64,000 bases of DNA from Euryarchaeota archaeon UBA58 (GTDB taxonomy: Archaea; Thermoplasmatota; Poseidoniia; Poseidoniales; Thalassarchaeaceae): positions 43,748 through 107,747 of the forward strand of contig DAHR01000013.1 in NCBI GenBank assembly GCA_002498525.1, in the 5' to 3' direction. Shown in pieces: positions 10,301 to 18,227 of this stretch. The number at the start of each line of letters is the position of its first letter. The stretch's first letter is position 1. Both the position numbers and the translations under genes were made by a program. Under the pieces are notes generated by a model, which was not told where the DNA came from, did no database searches, and worked only from the letters and a program-made list of their open reading frames with translations.

Positions 10301-13045
10301 ATCGACGTGCACGTACAGATCCGACATCCGGACGTCCTCAGTGATCGTGATGGTGTTCTGCAGTGGTGAGCCGGAGACGAAGGTCGAGCCGACCGTGGCG
10401 ATGTCGGTCAGCGTGCTCTCGAATGCGTTGACTATCGAGGATGAGGCGCCGTTCGGGTTGGTCACCATCACCGTGTGCACTCCTCGCGGCACGGACTGAA
10501 CGGTCGCCTGTATCGTCTTCGCATCGACCACGGTGAGGCTCGAGAGAATGTTCGAGCCGAATGAGGTAGTAAGCCCGTCAATCAGGTAGTCACCGGTGAT
10601 CGTGACCTCGGTTGAGCCTGAGTAGTCCCCGAAGTCGGGTGTAATCGAGGAGATCACCGGCTCCAGCGGGCTGCCGGTGTACTCGAACCCGTCAGTTAGC
10701 GTTCCCTGCGGCGTGATCCCGTCAGAGGTGAGTGGGTTGATGATGGTGATGTCTGCATACCCTGGAACGTTGGCCGGCACGGTGACGCTCATCGATGTGG
10801 CGCTGTTCCAGATCACGTCGGTTGCGGCGTAAACGCCGAAATGTACGATGGCGCCCGATTCGAAGTAATCACCTGTGATATCCACCGTGTAGCCCCCGTC
10901 GACCGAGCCGCTGCTCGGGCTCAGTGGGGTTACGCTGGGATGATTGATGTTGTAGATCGTCAGGTCGTGGTCGCCGTACACGCCTATCGGTATCGCGTCG
11001 GTACTCCTGTTGGTCCTGATGTAATAGGTGGCATCTGCGGAGGCGTTGAACTGGATGGCTGATGCCACGGAACTGGTGCTCTCGTCATCATTGCTGTCGA
11101 GAAGGGTGGCTCCGTCCGTATCGTAGACCTGCAGATAGGTGTCTGCACCATTCGACAGGCCCCTGGTCTTGATCAGGTACTCGACCCCGGCTGAGCCATT
11201 GAACTTCGACCAATCCTCATCGCCTGCAGCATAGAAGGTGTGGTGGTAGGTGGAGCCGTCCGTCTCTATCCATGTTGCAGCGGAAGCCGAGTCGTCGGGC
11301 TCCATCGCATCTTCCTGGTACTCGACCCCGTGATCGAGGAGGATCTGCTGGAAGGCGGAGGCGTAGGAGGGGTGCAGTATCACCCAGTAATCGTAGAAGG
11401 TCTCTAGGGAGATCCTCTTCCCGTTAACCACCGAGAGGGGGGACTCGTTGTCCTTGATGGCAACGAAGACATTGAAGACCATCTGGTCGCCCTGCATGTT
11501 GGGCAGGTCGATTGAGTCATCGTCTGTGCCCATCGAGCCGTCGTTGGTCGAGGCCCCGTCGACGACCTCGAAGATGACGTGGCCGACTGTGGCCTCGTTT
11601 CCCGCGTCAAACGCGGTGAATGTGCTGGACGAATATCCTGCGATGATGTCCGTGTTCGAAGCCATCGAGAAGCCGACGAATCGCAATGAGGTCCCGGTCG
11701 TCTCGATGTAGATTAGGGGTTGGTCAACGCCCATGTAATTCCTGATCGCTCCGGCGAAGTAGGTTCCCACGCCCTCGGTGAAGCCCAGTCTCAAATCGTA
11801 GATGCCAGCCAAGGAGTGACCGCCGTAATAATCAGGGCTGCCCGAGTAGCTGAGGTGGATGTAGTGACCAATCTCGTGGAGGATCACGACATCGTCGTAC
11901 GAGTCGTCGTCATCCGAGGTCCCGCACAAGTAAATATGCCCATTCAGATCGTAGTACTTCGAGCCGGTCGTGCCTTCGCCCGCGGCCCAGTACAATGTAA
12001 GATTCAGGGGGGCTGGTTGACTGGTGAGGTTCTCGATGTAGGACTCGGCGTACTCGGCCATGTCGAAGACGTTGAATGCCCCTGCGACACCCGAGGGGAT
12101 GGCTTGTACGGGCGAGGAAGTGAAGTCTATGTCGGCGCCGGGCTGGTTGTTCGAGTATATGCTCGAGGTCAGGCTGTAGATTGTGTTGCCCGAGGATGGT
12201 GTCTTCCGGACGGTCTGGTTGAACAGCCTCTGGTTTCCCTCAGAGGAGGTCAGGACCCTGACTCCGATGTCTGTGGCCGAACTGATGGAGATGGTCGTGT
12301 TGAAGATCCCGAGGTTATTCGTGTAGGTGGTGGCGAGGATTGCGCCAGTCGAGTCGTCGAAGACCTCCACGTCGGCCTTCCTGATCGGCAGATACGGATT
12401 GATGCCGGTGAATCCCGTCTCGTCGAACTCTCGGTCCTGGTATTCAAATGCGCCAGTCACATATGAGGGGGTTCCGGTTTTGGAGGAGGCTGTTGTAGGT
12501 CGGATTGTGGATTCGGCACACCCCTGCGCTATGGCTTCGGTGAGCGTGAGGTGGAAGGGGCACTCATCGGGAGCAAGTGATTCATCCGTGATTGTGTGCT
12601 GCTCCCTGAACCGATAGCCCTCGGTTGTGATCGCGGTAGCAACGATGGTGATATCGACATCCCCGTTAAGGGGGTACTTGGTGATGTTGAATGAGAATTG
12701 TTCGCCTGAATTGAGATGCAATTTAGTATTCCTCGCGAACGGCAGATCGAGAATGTCGGCAGAGATTATCTCCAGCGATATCTGGGCTTCCATGGCTGCG
12801 GAAACGACGACTTCGATATTGCCCCCATCACCCAAGGAGGATTCGATTGAAATTGCAGACTCCACGGGGTGTGTATGTTCGAAATAGTCTCTGTCAAATT
12901 CCGATGAATTCGTGTTGGAAGCGGATTTGCTGTTTTCGATGACGTATGTTTGGCTGAGTACTGCCAGTACCTGTAGCATTAGCATCGCCAACACCACAAC
13001 TGGCCATTTAGCCGAGAGGGCCATGGCACATGGTAAGCATATCAC
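1352..13045 (-). CDS. Giant (3,897 aa) secreted, C-terminally membrane-anchored mosaic surface protein: putative zinc-metalloprotease head plus adhesin-like repeat body
   Basis: Single uninterrupted 11.7-kb ORF. It has an N-terminal hydrophobic signal/anchor ([24 protein letters not shown]) and an HExxH motif [10 protein letters not shown] at about nt 11866-11880. Moving toward the C-terminus (descending nt coordinates), the following segments appear, all with approximate boundaries judged by eye. PPC-like (~10955-11310). Two IPT/TIG-like (~10400-10950). Proprotein-convertase P-domain-like (~10040-10370). Beta-propeller-like (~9085-10040). FN3-like (~8815-9085). Asp-rich DxDxDGxxD TSP3-like run (~8515-8815). 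14 RCC1-like blades. About 35 Cys-rich 34-aa repeats interrupted by a jelly-roll-like insert (~4815-5265). A second Asp-rich run (~1470-1930). TM helix [17 protein letters not shown] and tail YYDEEEE. Confidence 0.9.
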   Translation of the reverse strand: MICLPCAMALSAKWPVVVLAMLMLQVLAVLSQTYVIENSKSASNTNSSEFDRDYFEHTHPVESAISIESSLGDGGNIEVVVSAAMEAQISLEIISADILDLPFARNTKLHLNSGEQFSFNITKYPLNGDVDITIVATAITTEGYRFREQHTITDESLAPDECPFHLTLTEAIAQGCAESTIRPTTASSKTGTPSYVTGAFEYQDREFDETGFTGINPYLPIRKADVEVFDDSTGAILATTYTNNLGIFNTTISISSATDIGVRVLTSSEGNQRLFNQTVRKTPSSGNTIYSLTSSIYSNNQPGADIDFTSSPVQAIPSGVAGAFNVFDMAEYAESYIENLTSQPAPLNLTLYWAAGEGTTGSKYYDLNGHIYLCGTSDDDDSYDDVVILHEIGHYIHLSYSGSPDYYGGHSLAGIYDLRLGFTEGVGTYFAGAIRNYMGVDQPLIYIETTGTSLRFVGFSMASNTDIIAGYSSSTFTAFDAGNEATVGHVIFEVVDGASTNDGSMGTDDDSIDLPNMQGDQMVFNVFVAIKDNESPLSVVNGKRISLETFYDYWVILHPSYASAFQQILLDHGVEYQEDAMEPDDSASAATWIETDGSTYHHTFYAAGDEDWSKFNGSAGVEYLIKTRGLSNGADTYLQVYDTDGATLLDSNDDESTSSVASAIQFNASADATYYIRTNRSTDAIPIGVYGDHDLTIYNINHPSVTPLSPSSGSVDGGYTVDITGDYFESGAIVHFGVYAATDVIWNSATSMSVTVPANVPGYADITIINPLTSDGITPQGTLTDGFEYTGSPLEPVISSITPDFGDYSGSTEVTITGDYLIDGLTTSFGSNILSSLTVVDAKTIQATVQSVPRGVHTVMVTNPNGASSSIVNAFESTLTDIATVGSTFVSGSPLQNTITITEDVRMSDLYVHVDVSHPIVPAKLNLTLETPSGKMIALFDEIQVANEEFYWKSGFDSIFGYDEAPSEALYQLKGESSLGDWILHASSSSSSTNTLHSWGVTFLEYRHRDHGVQVYCAAEYRNHVMSLDGDSGDLLFRAQYQGSFDYDTAISDDGRYLFSAGAAYHDGVSWDNSIINVYDAWTGQSVSTYQLTGRASPGSLAPVSNGDLVVATSTQLYLIDIANQAITGNISLVFNDIWETYAVAVNPAGTVVFVTNKDESLLQTYSLPSLTHLGNMTTGTYSPFDVDISSDGSFGIIGYDEELIVEFYTSNLSIYASHSVGTLRAGIQLNDDDSEVYAGYFVSSAGFSHLDLETGTSTQYSDGYASTHGVYQLDDRVYISEWGGNRIIVWDPVAMAEVTTIDLTPYDGWRCRGITAAEPPGMLSPTISATSTNLVLSWTAPSSGPAVTEYRVYKGDSPGNESFHSTVSSSTLTYTDTSAVLGVLSHYRVSAVMQGLGEGPLSRRSTCYAGAVSDGDLDSDGICNDADEDADGDGVANSEDAFPLDPSEDTDTDGDGTGNNADTDDDDDGWSDDDEAICSTNPTDSNSVPSDADFDGICDSIDSDLLEAGFQAGSVFTYSTLSAMGSSTCAVLDNASLHCWGSNTVGKLGDGTSTSRTTPAAAILGSGRTAVATAMGFYTSCSILDDGSVKCWGQNNGGSSGNTVSIGAGRAAVAIAVGFDHACAILDNASLICWGGNSAGQLGDGTTTSSSTVSVDLGVGRTAAAIGTGSSHTCAILDNASLKCWGSNSHGQLGDGTTTDSSSPVSVDVGAGRFAVAVSGGRYHTCAILDDGSVKCWGYNGHGGLGDGTYTDSSTPSSSVDLGTGLTAVSIATGYYHSCAILSDASLKCWGKNSDGQLGDGDTSSSNTPVSVAIGSVRSVLAVAAGSGHTCAIMDNMSVQCWGSNSAGQLGDGTTTDSTTPTYVSLANGSSVAVSDRDLDGDGTLNIFDTHMKRPKSVISSGEHHTCAIMDDSSLYCWGDNSYGQLGDGTTTNTHTPVAVSLPSGRTASSVSSGLLSHTCAIMDDSSLYCWGYNIDGQLGDGTTTNSNTPVAVSLPSGRTASSVSSGGVHTCAVLDDASAYCWGDNSDGRFGDGSTTSSSTPVPVSLPSGRTVSSMSAGWTSTCAVLDDASLYCWGFNGDGQLGDGSNTTSSTPVAVSLPSGRTAFSVSLGYHHTCAVLDDASAYCWGFNGDGLMLGNGTTTESSNTPVAVSLPSGRTVSSMSAGRTSTCAVLDDASAYCWGYNNLGQLGDGSTTTSYTPVAVSLPSGRTASSVSPGMWHACAVLDDASAYCWGFNNHGELGDGSTTTSYTPVAVNLPAGRTILQLDTDLDGDGVVDTNDDYLNNPARWISCPAGSYGRFTCTDSIAGHYVPNAGSLLHTSQLECSIGTYQPSTGQSSCTDASAGYYVDSSAATSQTACLAGTYNPNTGSTSSSDCTDADAGYYTSSAGSASQTACAAGTYQPSIGQTSCLDADAGHYVSTTASPLQTACAAGTYQPFTAQTSCTDADAGYFVGTTAATSQTACAAGTYQASTGQSSCTDASAGYYVDTTGATSQTACAAGTYQASTGQSSCTDASAGYYVDTTGATSQTACAAGTYNPSTGSTNSSACLDADAGYYAVSAGSASQTACAAGTYQPSTGQSSCLVASPGYYVPDALTYTDGFESGNFSGLAWLNDDQAGGTDVNGDANWSVTSSESHVGVYSAMNNQTDDSEEGVLEINLTTVSGYVTWNQKISTESGYDYLIFYVDYSVQGYWSGISGWTSESYYVTAGEHSFAWVYERDSTLGGGMDTVWLDNVSFPAPVPPQTDQTPCPAGTYNPSTGSTNSSACLDADAGYYAMSAGSASQTACAAGTYQPSTGQVSCTYALAGYYVDTTAATSQIACNLGTYQPSTGQTACDDADAGYYVSTTAATSQTACAAGTYQPSTAQSSCIDTSAGYYVDTTAATSQIACDPGTYQPSTGQTSCDDADAGYYVSTTAAASQTACAAGTYQPSTAQSSCIDASAGYYVDTTAATSQTACPAGTYNPNTGSSDSSACINADEGYYVPNAGSTSQTPCSQGTYQSDEGQTSCDEADAGYYVNTTAATAQTACDPGTYQPSNGQASCIDASAGYYVPNSASSSQTACAAGTYQPNNASSSCYSASPGHYVNSEASTNQTACSPGAYQPNQGQTSCLDTDAGYYVNTTAATAQTACSLGTYQSDEGQTSCDDADAGYYVDTMAATNQTACDPGAYQPDTGQASCIDASPGYYVDTTAATSQTACAAGTYQPDEGLTSCEDADPGYYVPTSAATDQTSASPGYYVNTTAATSQTACAAGTYQPSSAQTSCIEASPGYYVPNSSSSSQTACAAGTYQPNNASSSCYSASPGHYVNSEASTNQTACSSGTYNPNWGSYSPTDCVLASGGYYVASFGMAEQTPCSSGTYQPSTGQTSCIDSSPGYYVAANASSTVQTPCAIGHYQPYNASSSCYEAAPGHYVSFQSAINQTACEAGTYNPSNGSISSEDCIETSPGNFTPVAGMSYQIGCYQGTYTPLTGQTSCMPADAGHYVDSNDSTTQSECALGTYQPSTGRDSCREANHGYYVDSEAATSQTACEAGTYNPDNASTSHDSCMQADPGHYTGNESMPYQIPCPVGTYQPSEGQTGCIGASPGHYVLVEASIVQTACTPGTYNPEQGSSNSSACIYTGPGYFTSEDGSSQPTACSLGTYQPSSGQASCIESDPGYFVGQEASTVQTAAPMDHYTSGYASTSPEACPETFMTLDTGSDSSEDCHLDSDGDRIPDYEDEDDDNDGQPDQDDFCSPGVQGWVSGLVEDRDDDGCRDSDEDLDDDNDGRLDVDDAFPYDPSEQDDNDGDGEGDNADLDDDNDGLSDIREYDIGTDPMDSDTDSDGYSDKDDAFPNDPSEWLDSDGDGAGDNSDVIKKMARYQTQVDVMIDLVVVAIVILAATTYSKSRIRYYDEEEE
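1931..4790 (-). repeat. Coding repeat array: C-terminal block of about 27 Cys-rich 34-aa (102-nt) modules, ephrin-receptor-like/GCC2_GCC3-like
   Basis: Recurrent CxxGTYQPxxGQxSCxDAxxGYYVxxxxxxxQ units visible in the translation and as ggctggtaggt / cgcaggcggtctg motifs in the DNA. Several modules are near-identical at nucleotide level. Confidence 0.8.
4656..4780. repeat. 125-nt direct repeat, copy 1, flanking the jelly-roll insert of the giant gene
   Basis: Matches 5313-5437 with about 4 mismatches. The offset is 657 nt (219 codons, in frame). Confidence 0.85.
5313..5437. repeat. 125-nt direct repeat, copy 2
   Basis: See 4656-4780. Confidence 0.85.
5454..5657. repeat. Near-perfect tandem duplication of one 102-nt (34-aa) Cys-rich module
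   Basis: Units 5454-5555 and 5556-5657 differ at about 3 positions. The protein reads [34 protein letters not shown] twice. Confidence 0.9.
6265..8500 (-). repeat. Coding repeat array: two tandem sets of seven RCC1-like blades (two predicted 7-bladed propellers)
   Basis: 14 units of [36 protein letters not shown]. Set 1 lies at about 7440-8500 and set 2 at about 6265-7335, separated by a DLDGDG-containing linker. Confidence 0.8.
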
Positions 13046-13095
13046 GACAAAGGTCTTTCCACCCCTCTCGGACCAAATTTACTCAACGGGCTAAT

Positions 13096-13135
13096 CCTCG
13101 TGGATCTAAACCCCTGAGCTTCCGGACTCACGAGG
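13096..13135. repeat. 40-nt hairpin-forming repeat, copy B
   Basis: Identical to 1044-1083, same orientation. Lies 51 nt upstream of the giant-gene ATG (13045) and 50 nt downstream of the stop of the small membrane-protein ORF (13185). Confidence 0.9.
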
Positions 13136-13184
13136 GTCCAAACCGAATCAGAGGGTACCCCTCGCGATAGGCAGTAGAATCTAC

Positions 13185-13457
13185 TTAGAATCGGGGCCAC
13201 TTTCCTTTGGACAGGAGATGTCGCATTTTTCGGCTCGACCTTCCCTTGTCGTTCTCGTACAGATGCTGTACTTTTGAGATCGCACCGAAACCTTCTGTAT
13301 AGGTGAAAACTGCGACACATACACTGACCATTAATAGCCCTACGACCAAAAATACCGCCGTTGGAACTTCCTTCCCTTCACCAAAATTAAATTCAAATTG
13401 GGCACTACCAAATACGGCTTCATCTCTTTTTTCAGGCTCATCATTATCATCTTTCAT
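13185..13457 (-). CDS. Small single-pass membrane protein, hypothetical
   Basis: 90-aa ORF with an acidic N-terminus, one clear TM helix (VFLVVGLLMVSVCVAVF) and a basic tail. Lies in the AT-richer islet. No homology recognised. Confidence 0.45.
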   Translation of the reverse strand: MKDDNDEPEKRDEAVFGSAQFEFNFGEGKEVPTAVFLVVGLLMVSVCVAVFTYTEGFGAISKVQHLYENDKGRSSRKMRHLLSKGKWPRF

Positions 13458-13482
13458 TCATATTCCTCCTTATTATAAAAAA

Positions 13483-14412
13483 TTACCAAACGATGCCAAT
13501 ATTTCCTGCAACCCAGACTAAAGGGATTGCGATTAACATGAAAACGAAATTGATAATTAATTCCTCCCACCATCTCATGACGTAATTCTTGCGAAGAATA
13601 CCCATTTCCTTAAGTTGTTTGATCACGGCCTTGCGGAAGCCCACGAAAACCTCGTGTCTCCAAACGAAGAGGTTGAAACAAACTGTGGCAAATAACACAA
13701 TAATAATCAAGTCAAGAAAACCGAAATACCACGGCACACCGAGGAGAATTGCTGTTGCTGGGGCGACCTTGATGAGTTCGTAATGGGATGAAGAGAAACC
13801 TTCTTTCTTCATCAGGATGAAACTGCCAAAGCGGAACGGAATTTTCGGCTTGACGCGAATTTTTGAGGAGTCACCGTACTTCTTTCCTGGGTGTGGTTCG
13901 TCATCATATGGCCACCAGAACTGAGATCTATTGGCGATTTCAAATTCGAGTTGACATTCTGGGCATTTCGCTGGCATTACACGATTCCAAAGAAATTGCC
14001 CGAAGTTTTCTGCATATCCTTTGGCATCCTGACCGGACTTACCTTTGTGATTACAACCAGGGCACTGAAGGTATACCCATCCTGGATGAGAATAACCCGG
14101 TTGAACCAACCACAATGCCGCGCCGATATGGTAGATCGGCACACCTACAATCGCCGCGAAGAAAGCGAGGGCGAATGGACCTCCTGAATCTGGCCAATTG
14201 CCAGCAACATGATTGTATGCCACCCAACCCAAGAATGGTATGTAGAGGCAGATGAAGACTTTCAGTTGGAGGTATGGTCTGACTTTCGTATAAGGTTCCC
14301 AGCTTCCGAAGACGTCTTTCTTCGTCTCCTTGTCGACCGCCTTCTTGTCCTTTTTCACCGCGCGCTGGAGTTTGTACTTGTGGCCATCATTCAAGCCCTC
14401 CCACCAAGCCAT
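13483..14412 (-). CDS. Multi-pass membrane protein with a CxxC...CxxC zinc-ribbon-like loop, hypothetical
   Basis: 309-aa ORF, clearly lower GC than its neighbours. Several hydrophobic helices. Loop LQCPGCNHKG...AKCPECQLEFE. Lys-rich N-terminus. No family recognised. Confidence 0.65.
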   Translation of the reverse strand: MAWWEGLNDGHKYKLQRAVKKDKKAVDKETKKDVFGSWEPYTKVRPYLQLKVFICLYIPFLGWVAYNHVAGNWPDSGGPFALAFFAAIVGVPIYHIGAALWLVQPGYSHPGWVYLQCPGCNHKGKSGQDAKGYAENFGQFLWNRVMPAKCPECQLEFEIANRSQFWWPYDDEPHPGKKYGDSSKIRVKPKIPFRFGSFILMKKEGFSSSHYELIKVAPATAILLGVPWYFGFLDLIIIVLFATVCFNLFVWRHEVFVGFRKAVIKQLKEMGILRKNYVMRWWEELIINFVFMLIAIPLVWVAGNIGIVW

Positions 14413-14487
14413 AACTCAAGTTCAGAGTGGGAGAGGTGATAAGTTTTACACCGGATTAATGGGTACGATTTCTACTACTGAACGCAT

Positions 14488-14555
14488 GGGCCCCCATCCG
14501 CTCGTATGTGAATCAAAGGGTACCCATCCGATCACCCTTGAGCGTAAGGGCCCCC
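14488..14555. repeat. Three palindromic GGG(NN)CCC cores phased exactly 30 nt apart
   Basis: gggccccc at 14488, gggtaccc at 14518 and gggccccc at 14548, each preceded by a purine-rich dinucleotide. A related gggtac sits at 14461. The block is enclosed by the inverted repeat caccggattaat (14449-14460) / attaatccgaggtg (14599-14612). Confidence 0.7.
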
Positions 14556-14670
14556 TAAAATCCACCAAAGGTTCATGTACGAAATTTTTTACGGCCTGAT
14601 TAATCCGAGGTGCCATCAAGCAAGCGAAGCCTATTTTTCACTAGCCTGATAGCCGGTGAGAGGTGGATAA

Positions 14671-14877
14671 TTGATTGATGAAAAACACGGAAACGATAAC
14701 GGGATCTTGGCTAAGTTCCTGGAAAGTATTCTGGGCATAGCGGAGCATATGAACCAGCTTCTCGGAGACGAAATCAAGCGCAGGGCCAATCTTGAGGAAG
14801 AGCAGCGTTTGGCCAATGAGCAGGGCATGTACATGCCCTATAGTTTCGAATGGGAGTTCATCATGGGGAATAGGTGA
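14671..14877 (+). CDS. Small helical protein (68 aa), hypothetical
   Basis: ORF with TTG start preceded by an SD-like GAGGTGG (about 14660-14666). Charged heptad-like sequence. It ends 14 nt from tRNA-Glu. Weak support only. Confidence 0.35.
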   Translation: MIDEKHGNDNGILAKFLESILGIAEHMNQLLGDEIKRRANLEEEQRLANEQGMYMPYSFEWEFIMGNR

Positions 14878-14890
14878 TTGCACGGGAATA

Positions 14891-14968
14891 TGGTGCTCGT
14901 GCCGGGATTTGAACCCGGGTCGCCGCCTCGAAAGGGCGGCATGATGGACCGAACTACACCACACAAGC
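14891..14968 (-). tRNA. tRNA-Glu (anticodon UUC), CCA encoded
   Basis: The reverse complement GCTTGTGTGGTGTAGTTCGGTCCATCATGCCGCCCTTTCGAGGCGGCGACCCGGGTTCAAATCCCGGCACGAGCACCA folds as a cloverleaf. Acceptor GCTTGTG/CACGAGC, anticodon stem CCGCC/GGCGG with loop CTTTCGA, T arm CCGGG-TTCAAAT-CCCGG. Confidence 0.93.
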
Positions 14969-15062
14969 GATGAAGCCGCCGAGCCGCGACCCCCACATAA
15001 TCGAATCGGGCGACTGGCGAGCCGTTTTGCTCCTCAAGGCGGTGTGCTCTGCTGCAGCAGGA

Positions 15063-18032
15063 TCACGGAGGAGTCGACTGCTGCGCAGAAGTATAGTTGG
15101 TGGAGTCCACGACGCCGTCTTGGTCGAAGTCCCAAGCTTGCCACGTCGTCGTGATCACATGCGTCCAACCATTGCTCGCATCCCACGCCCAAGCCACGTA
15201 CGTCGCATTGGTGTAGAAGGCGTGGCCGAGATGGTTGATGTTGTGTCTGAACATCACATAATGCATGTACCAACCCTGAATCAGCGTGCCATTGGCATCA
15301 AAGACGCGTAGATGGTAGATGTAGCTGATTCGTTGCAAGGAATAATTGCCATCGGCATCATCGTCGATCAGCACGTGATTGTAGAAGAGGATGACGCGCC
15401 GCTCGAGGAATCCATCGCCATCCATATCGGCGGCGTTCCACCACCAGACATTGCTGCGAATCGTGTCGGTCGCACCATCAGAATTGTTGTCCCACGCCCG
15501 AACATTGTGAACCGCGATACGGATGAACCACAATTGGTCGGTACTCGGATTGAGCCAGCGCTCGACCGACCAAGCCGAAGTATCAGAGTAGACGAACCCA
15601 TGCGCGTGCTGATCGAGATAAGTGCCCATCCGAACCCTACGGAAGGTGTGTTCCCAGACACCATCGCTGTCTGGATCCCACTTGCGCACCTGCGCGTTCA
15701 GGGTGTCCTCGCGCTCGAGGAAGCGATCGGTGTCGAAATCGCTGCCATTGCTCCGCTCGAAGGTACGCTGCAAAGTCTCGGGATTACCATCGTCGTCATC
15801 GTCAACTCGGTCCACTGTCAACGACCAATCGATGCGATATTCGATCAATCCCCAATCCCAATGGGTTGACCACGACCTCATCGCAACCGTGTGCTCCAGG
15901 TCGCCGTCGCGGTCCGTATCGTCCTTCATCGAAGCGACTCTGTAAGTCCAATACAGTTCGATGACTCCATCTGAATTATTGTCGTAAGCGTTCGTCCACT
16001 GCTGGACCGAACGCTTGAGGTCGACCGAGCCGTCACGGTCTCGGTCGAATCTGGTGATGCTGCGCAGGTAATCACGGCGAGTGTCACGGTTGCCGTCTGC
16101 GTTGGGGTCAGAACGGAAGTTTCGGTGGTCGATGATGTACTCGATATCCTTGGTTCCATCATCGTTCCAATCGGTCCACCAAACCATCTCGGTTTCAGAG
16201 GTCCAGAGGATCCAATTGTTCCAAGAACCATTCACGGTGACCCAGCGAGCGTTGCGATCGTAGGCGATGTAACGCTCGAGATTTCCGTCTTCATCGAGGT
16301 CCGTCATGCCGTTTGTCGTCATCTGCCAATTACGGTCGGTGATGCTGCCATTGGTCCACATCGAAAGGCTGTAATTGTAGGAATTTCGAACCTCAGGAAT
16401 GCCGTTTGAATTTAGGTCGCGGATGATCAAGCCTCGGTACCAATAGCGCCACTGGTCGTCAACCCCATCCCCATCGCGGTCGTGCGCACAGGTCTCCACA
16501 TGCCACAGGTAGATCCACTCGGGGCCGGGAATGCCGTCGTTGTCGTACCAATAACTCGCTACCTGTGTGGTGCAGAGGACTTCGGCGACACCGTCGCCGT
16601 CCCAATCCTCCCAGTGTGAGGAATTGAGCCAAGTGCTGGTTACGGTCATGACCGAGCGAGAATATGTGGTTTCTTGCGCCGATTCGTCTGTCACTTCGTC
16701 CCAAGCGGCGGACATGACCGGCTCGACGATGTTGCTGTAGGCAGTTTGGATGCTCGGCATTGCCCTGTTTTCAGCTTCAGACATGGTCCTCTCCCTGCCG
16801 GTGAGTTGAGCGTCTGCGTCGAGCAGATCGCTCTCGACCTCGTCGGAATCGGCTTCTTCGCCGGCGTCGTCGCGGATCGAGTCGTCATCCTTGGTCTGCC
16901 AATTGTTGATCTCCTCCTCGTCGTCCATCTCACCGTCGTCGTCGGGGTCGAAGTCTTCCCCGTAATCGTAGGCTTGTTCATTGTTGGCGTCTTCGACCTC
17001 GTCTACTATTCCGTCTGCATTCTGGTCGAGGAGTTGGTCGAGGCCGTCCTGCAGGACCTCCTCGGTCTCCTCCTCTGCCTCGTCGTGGAGTTCAGCGGCC
17101 TCCAAGTCGTCGATGTCGCCGACGACCTCGATGTGGATGAGACGCTGAGCCGTGACGCCCGTGGGGCCACGGGCGGTCACGGTGATCGTGTAGATGCCAG
17201 CCTCGGAGTACTGGTAGGTCTCCGACTCGTCGGCTGGCTCGATTGCGAAGCCGTCACCGTAGTCGATGCGGACGTTGACGGGGCCGAGAGGGTCTTCAGC
17301 ATAGGTCTCGATGACCATCTCTTCGATGAGATGCATGCTGATTCGACCCTCGCCGGATGGGTCGGTTGTGACTGCGAGGGTCGGTGCGTCAGCGCGGTCG
17401 ATGTGGATGGCTTCGCGCGAGGTCGCGACGTATCCATGTGAATCGGTCACGGTCGCCTCGACGATGTATTGACCGGGATGAGCCCAGATGTGGCTGCCTG
17501 ACCAGTCCTTGCCGGCTGTTCCGTCGGCGAAGTCGACATCGATGCTCAAATCGTCGCCATCGGCATCGTTTGCGGTCACTGACCATTCGATGGGCATTCC
17601 AGCGATGCCATTTGTCGGCAGGTCAAGATCGACGAGCGGAGCTCGATTGGCGTCGGCGATGCTGAACAGAATCGCCGCTTCGCCCTCCCCTCCCCGTGAG
17701 TCGATGATCGATACGTCGAGTTGATGCACCCCCACAGTGAGGAATCCAGCATCATAGCGCAGGCTCGTTGAAGATTGAACGAGAACACCATCAAGAGTCC
17801 AGGAAACGATGTACGGACCATCGCCTTCGGTCACGGTCATCACTGCTATGACATAGTCGGCCGAGGTCATCGGTGTGCCCTCGAGGTCGATTGTTGCCGT
17901 CACCACGATTGGTTCTTCGGGAACGTCGACGGAGTCTTTGGCGGCGCCGATGCAGCCAGATGAAAGCATCAGGATCGCGAGAAAAATTCCGACTTGCCAG
18001 CGGCGGTTGAATGCGGTTTTTCGGTTGTTCAT
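15063..18032 (-). CDS. Secreted lipobox-bearing 989-aa protein: PKD-like domains, acidic linker, and a long array of Trp-rich DxDxDG calcium-loop repeats
   Basis: N-terminal signal with lipobox-like LSSGC. About 3 PKD-like Ig domains (WSVTANDADGDDLS, TVTDSHG, TVTARGPTG) at about nt 17040-17910. Asp/Glu linker (~16710-17040). Then about 18 repeats of about 21 aa or longer, such as DRDRDGSVDLKRSVQQWTNAY and DNNSDGVIELYWTYRVASMK (~15066-16620). Confidence 0.85.
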   Translation of the reverse strand: MNNRKTAFNRRWQVGIFLAILMLSSGCIGAAKDSVDVPEEPIVVTATIDLEGTPMTSADYVIAVMTVTEGDGPYIVSWTLDGVLVQSSTSLRYDAGFLTVGVHQLDVSIIDSRGGEGEAAILFSIADANRAPLVDLDLPTNGIAGMPIEWSVTANDADGDDLSIDVDFADGTAGKDWSGSHIWAHPGQYIVEATVTDSHGYVATSREAIHIDRADAPTLAVTTDPSGEGRISMHLIEEMVIETYAEDPLGPVNVRIDYGDGFAIEPADESETYQYSEAGIYTITVTARGPTGVTAQRLIHIEVVGDIDDLEAAELHDEAEEETEEVLQDGLDQLLDQNADGIVDEVEDANNEQAYDYGEDFDPDDDGEMDDEEEINNWQTKDDDSIRDDAGEEADSDEVESDLLDADAQLTGRERTMSEAENRAMPSIQTAYSNIVEPVMSAAWDEVTDESAQETTYSRSVMTVTSTWLNSSHWEDWDGDGVAEVLCTTQVASYWYDNDGIPGPEWIYLWHVETCAHDRDGDGVDDQWRYWYRGLIIRDLNSNGIPEVRNSYNYSLSMWTNGSITDRNWQMTTNGMTDLDEDGNLERYIAYDRNARWVTVNGSWNNWILWTSETEMVWWTDWNDDGTKDIEYIIDHRNFRSDPNADGNRDTRRDYLRSITRFDRDRDGSVDLKRSVQQWTNAYDNNSDGVIELYWTYRVASMKDDTDRDGDLEHTVAMRSWSTHWDWGLIEYRIDWSLTVDRVDDDDDGNPETLQRTFERSNGSDFDTDRFLEREDTLNAQVRKWDPDSDGVWEHTFRRVRMGTYLDQHAHGFVYSDTSAWSVERWLNPSTDQLWFIRIAVHNVRAWDNNSDGATDTIRSNVWWWNAADMDGDGFLERRVILFYNHVLIDDDADGNYSLQRISYIYHLRVFDANGTLIQGWYMHYVMFRHNINHLGHAFYTNATYVAWAWDASNGWTHVITTTWQAWDFDQDGVVDSTNYTSAQQSTPP

Positions 18033-18227
18033 CGGTTTTGGGCTGCGCGGGCGCTATTAGAGGCGTGTGGGACGTCGGGTTTGTCATCCGCCGCGAGGTG
18101 GCGAATTACCCTTCTACTGAGTGACATGTGGGAACGTCTGACACAGGAGTGGATTAGGGGAACCTCTCGACCGTCTAAACGGAAGAACGGAGAGTTCCAT
18201 TTACGGAGGTGAGTCCTACGACTGAAT

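Noticed and set aside
1454-12466. Dozens of 60-250-aa ORFs in the track inside the giant-gene span, on the plus strand (e.g. 1454..2131, 7370..8035, 11720..12466) or in alternative minus-strand frames (e.g. 3412..4125, 5178..5918, 6213..6866)
   Set aside because: They lie fully inside the uninterrupted 11.7-kb ORF. Their translations are Arg/Pro/Gly/Ala-rich low-complexity strings typical of off-frame reading of GC-rich repeats, and they mirror the repeat periodicity of the real frame.
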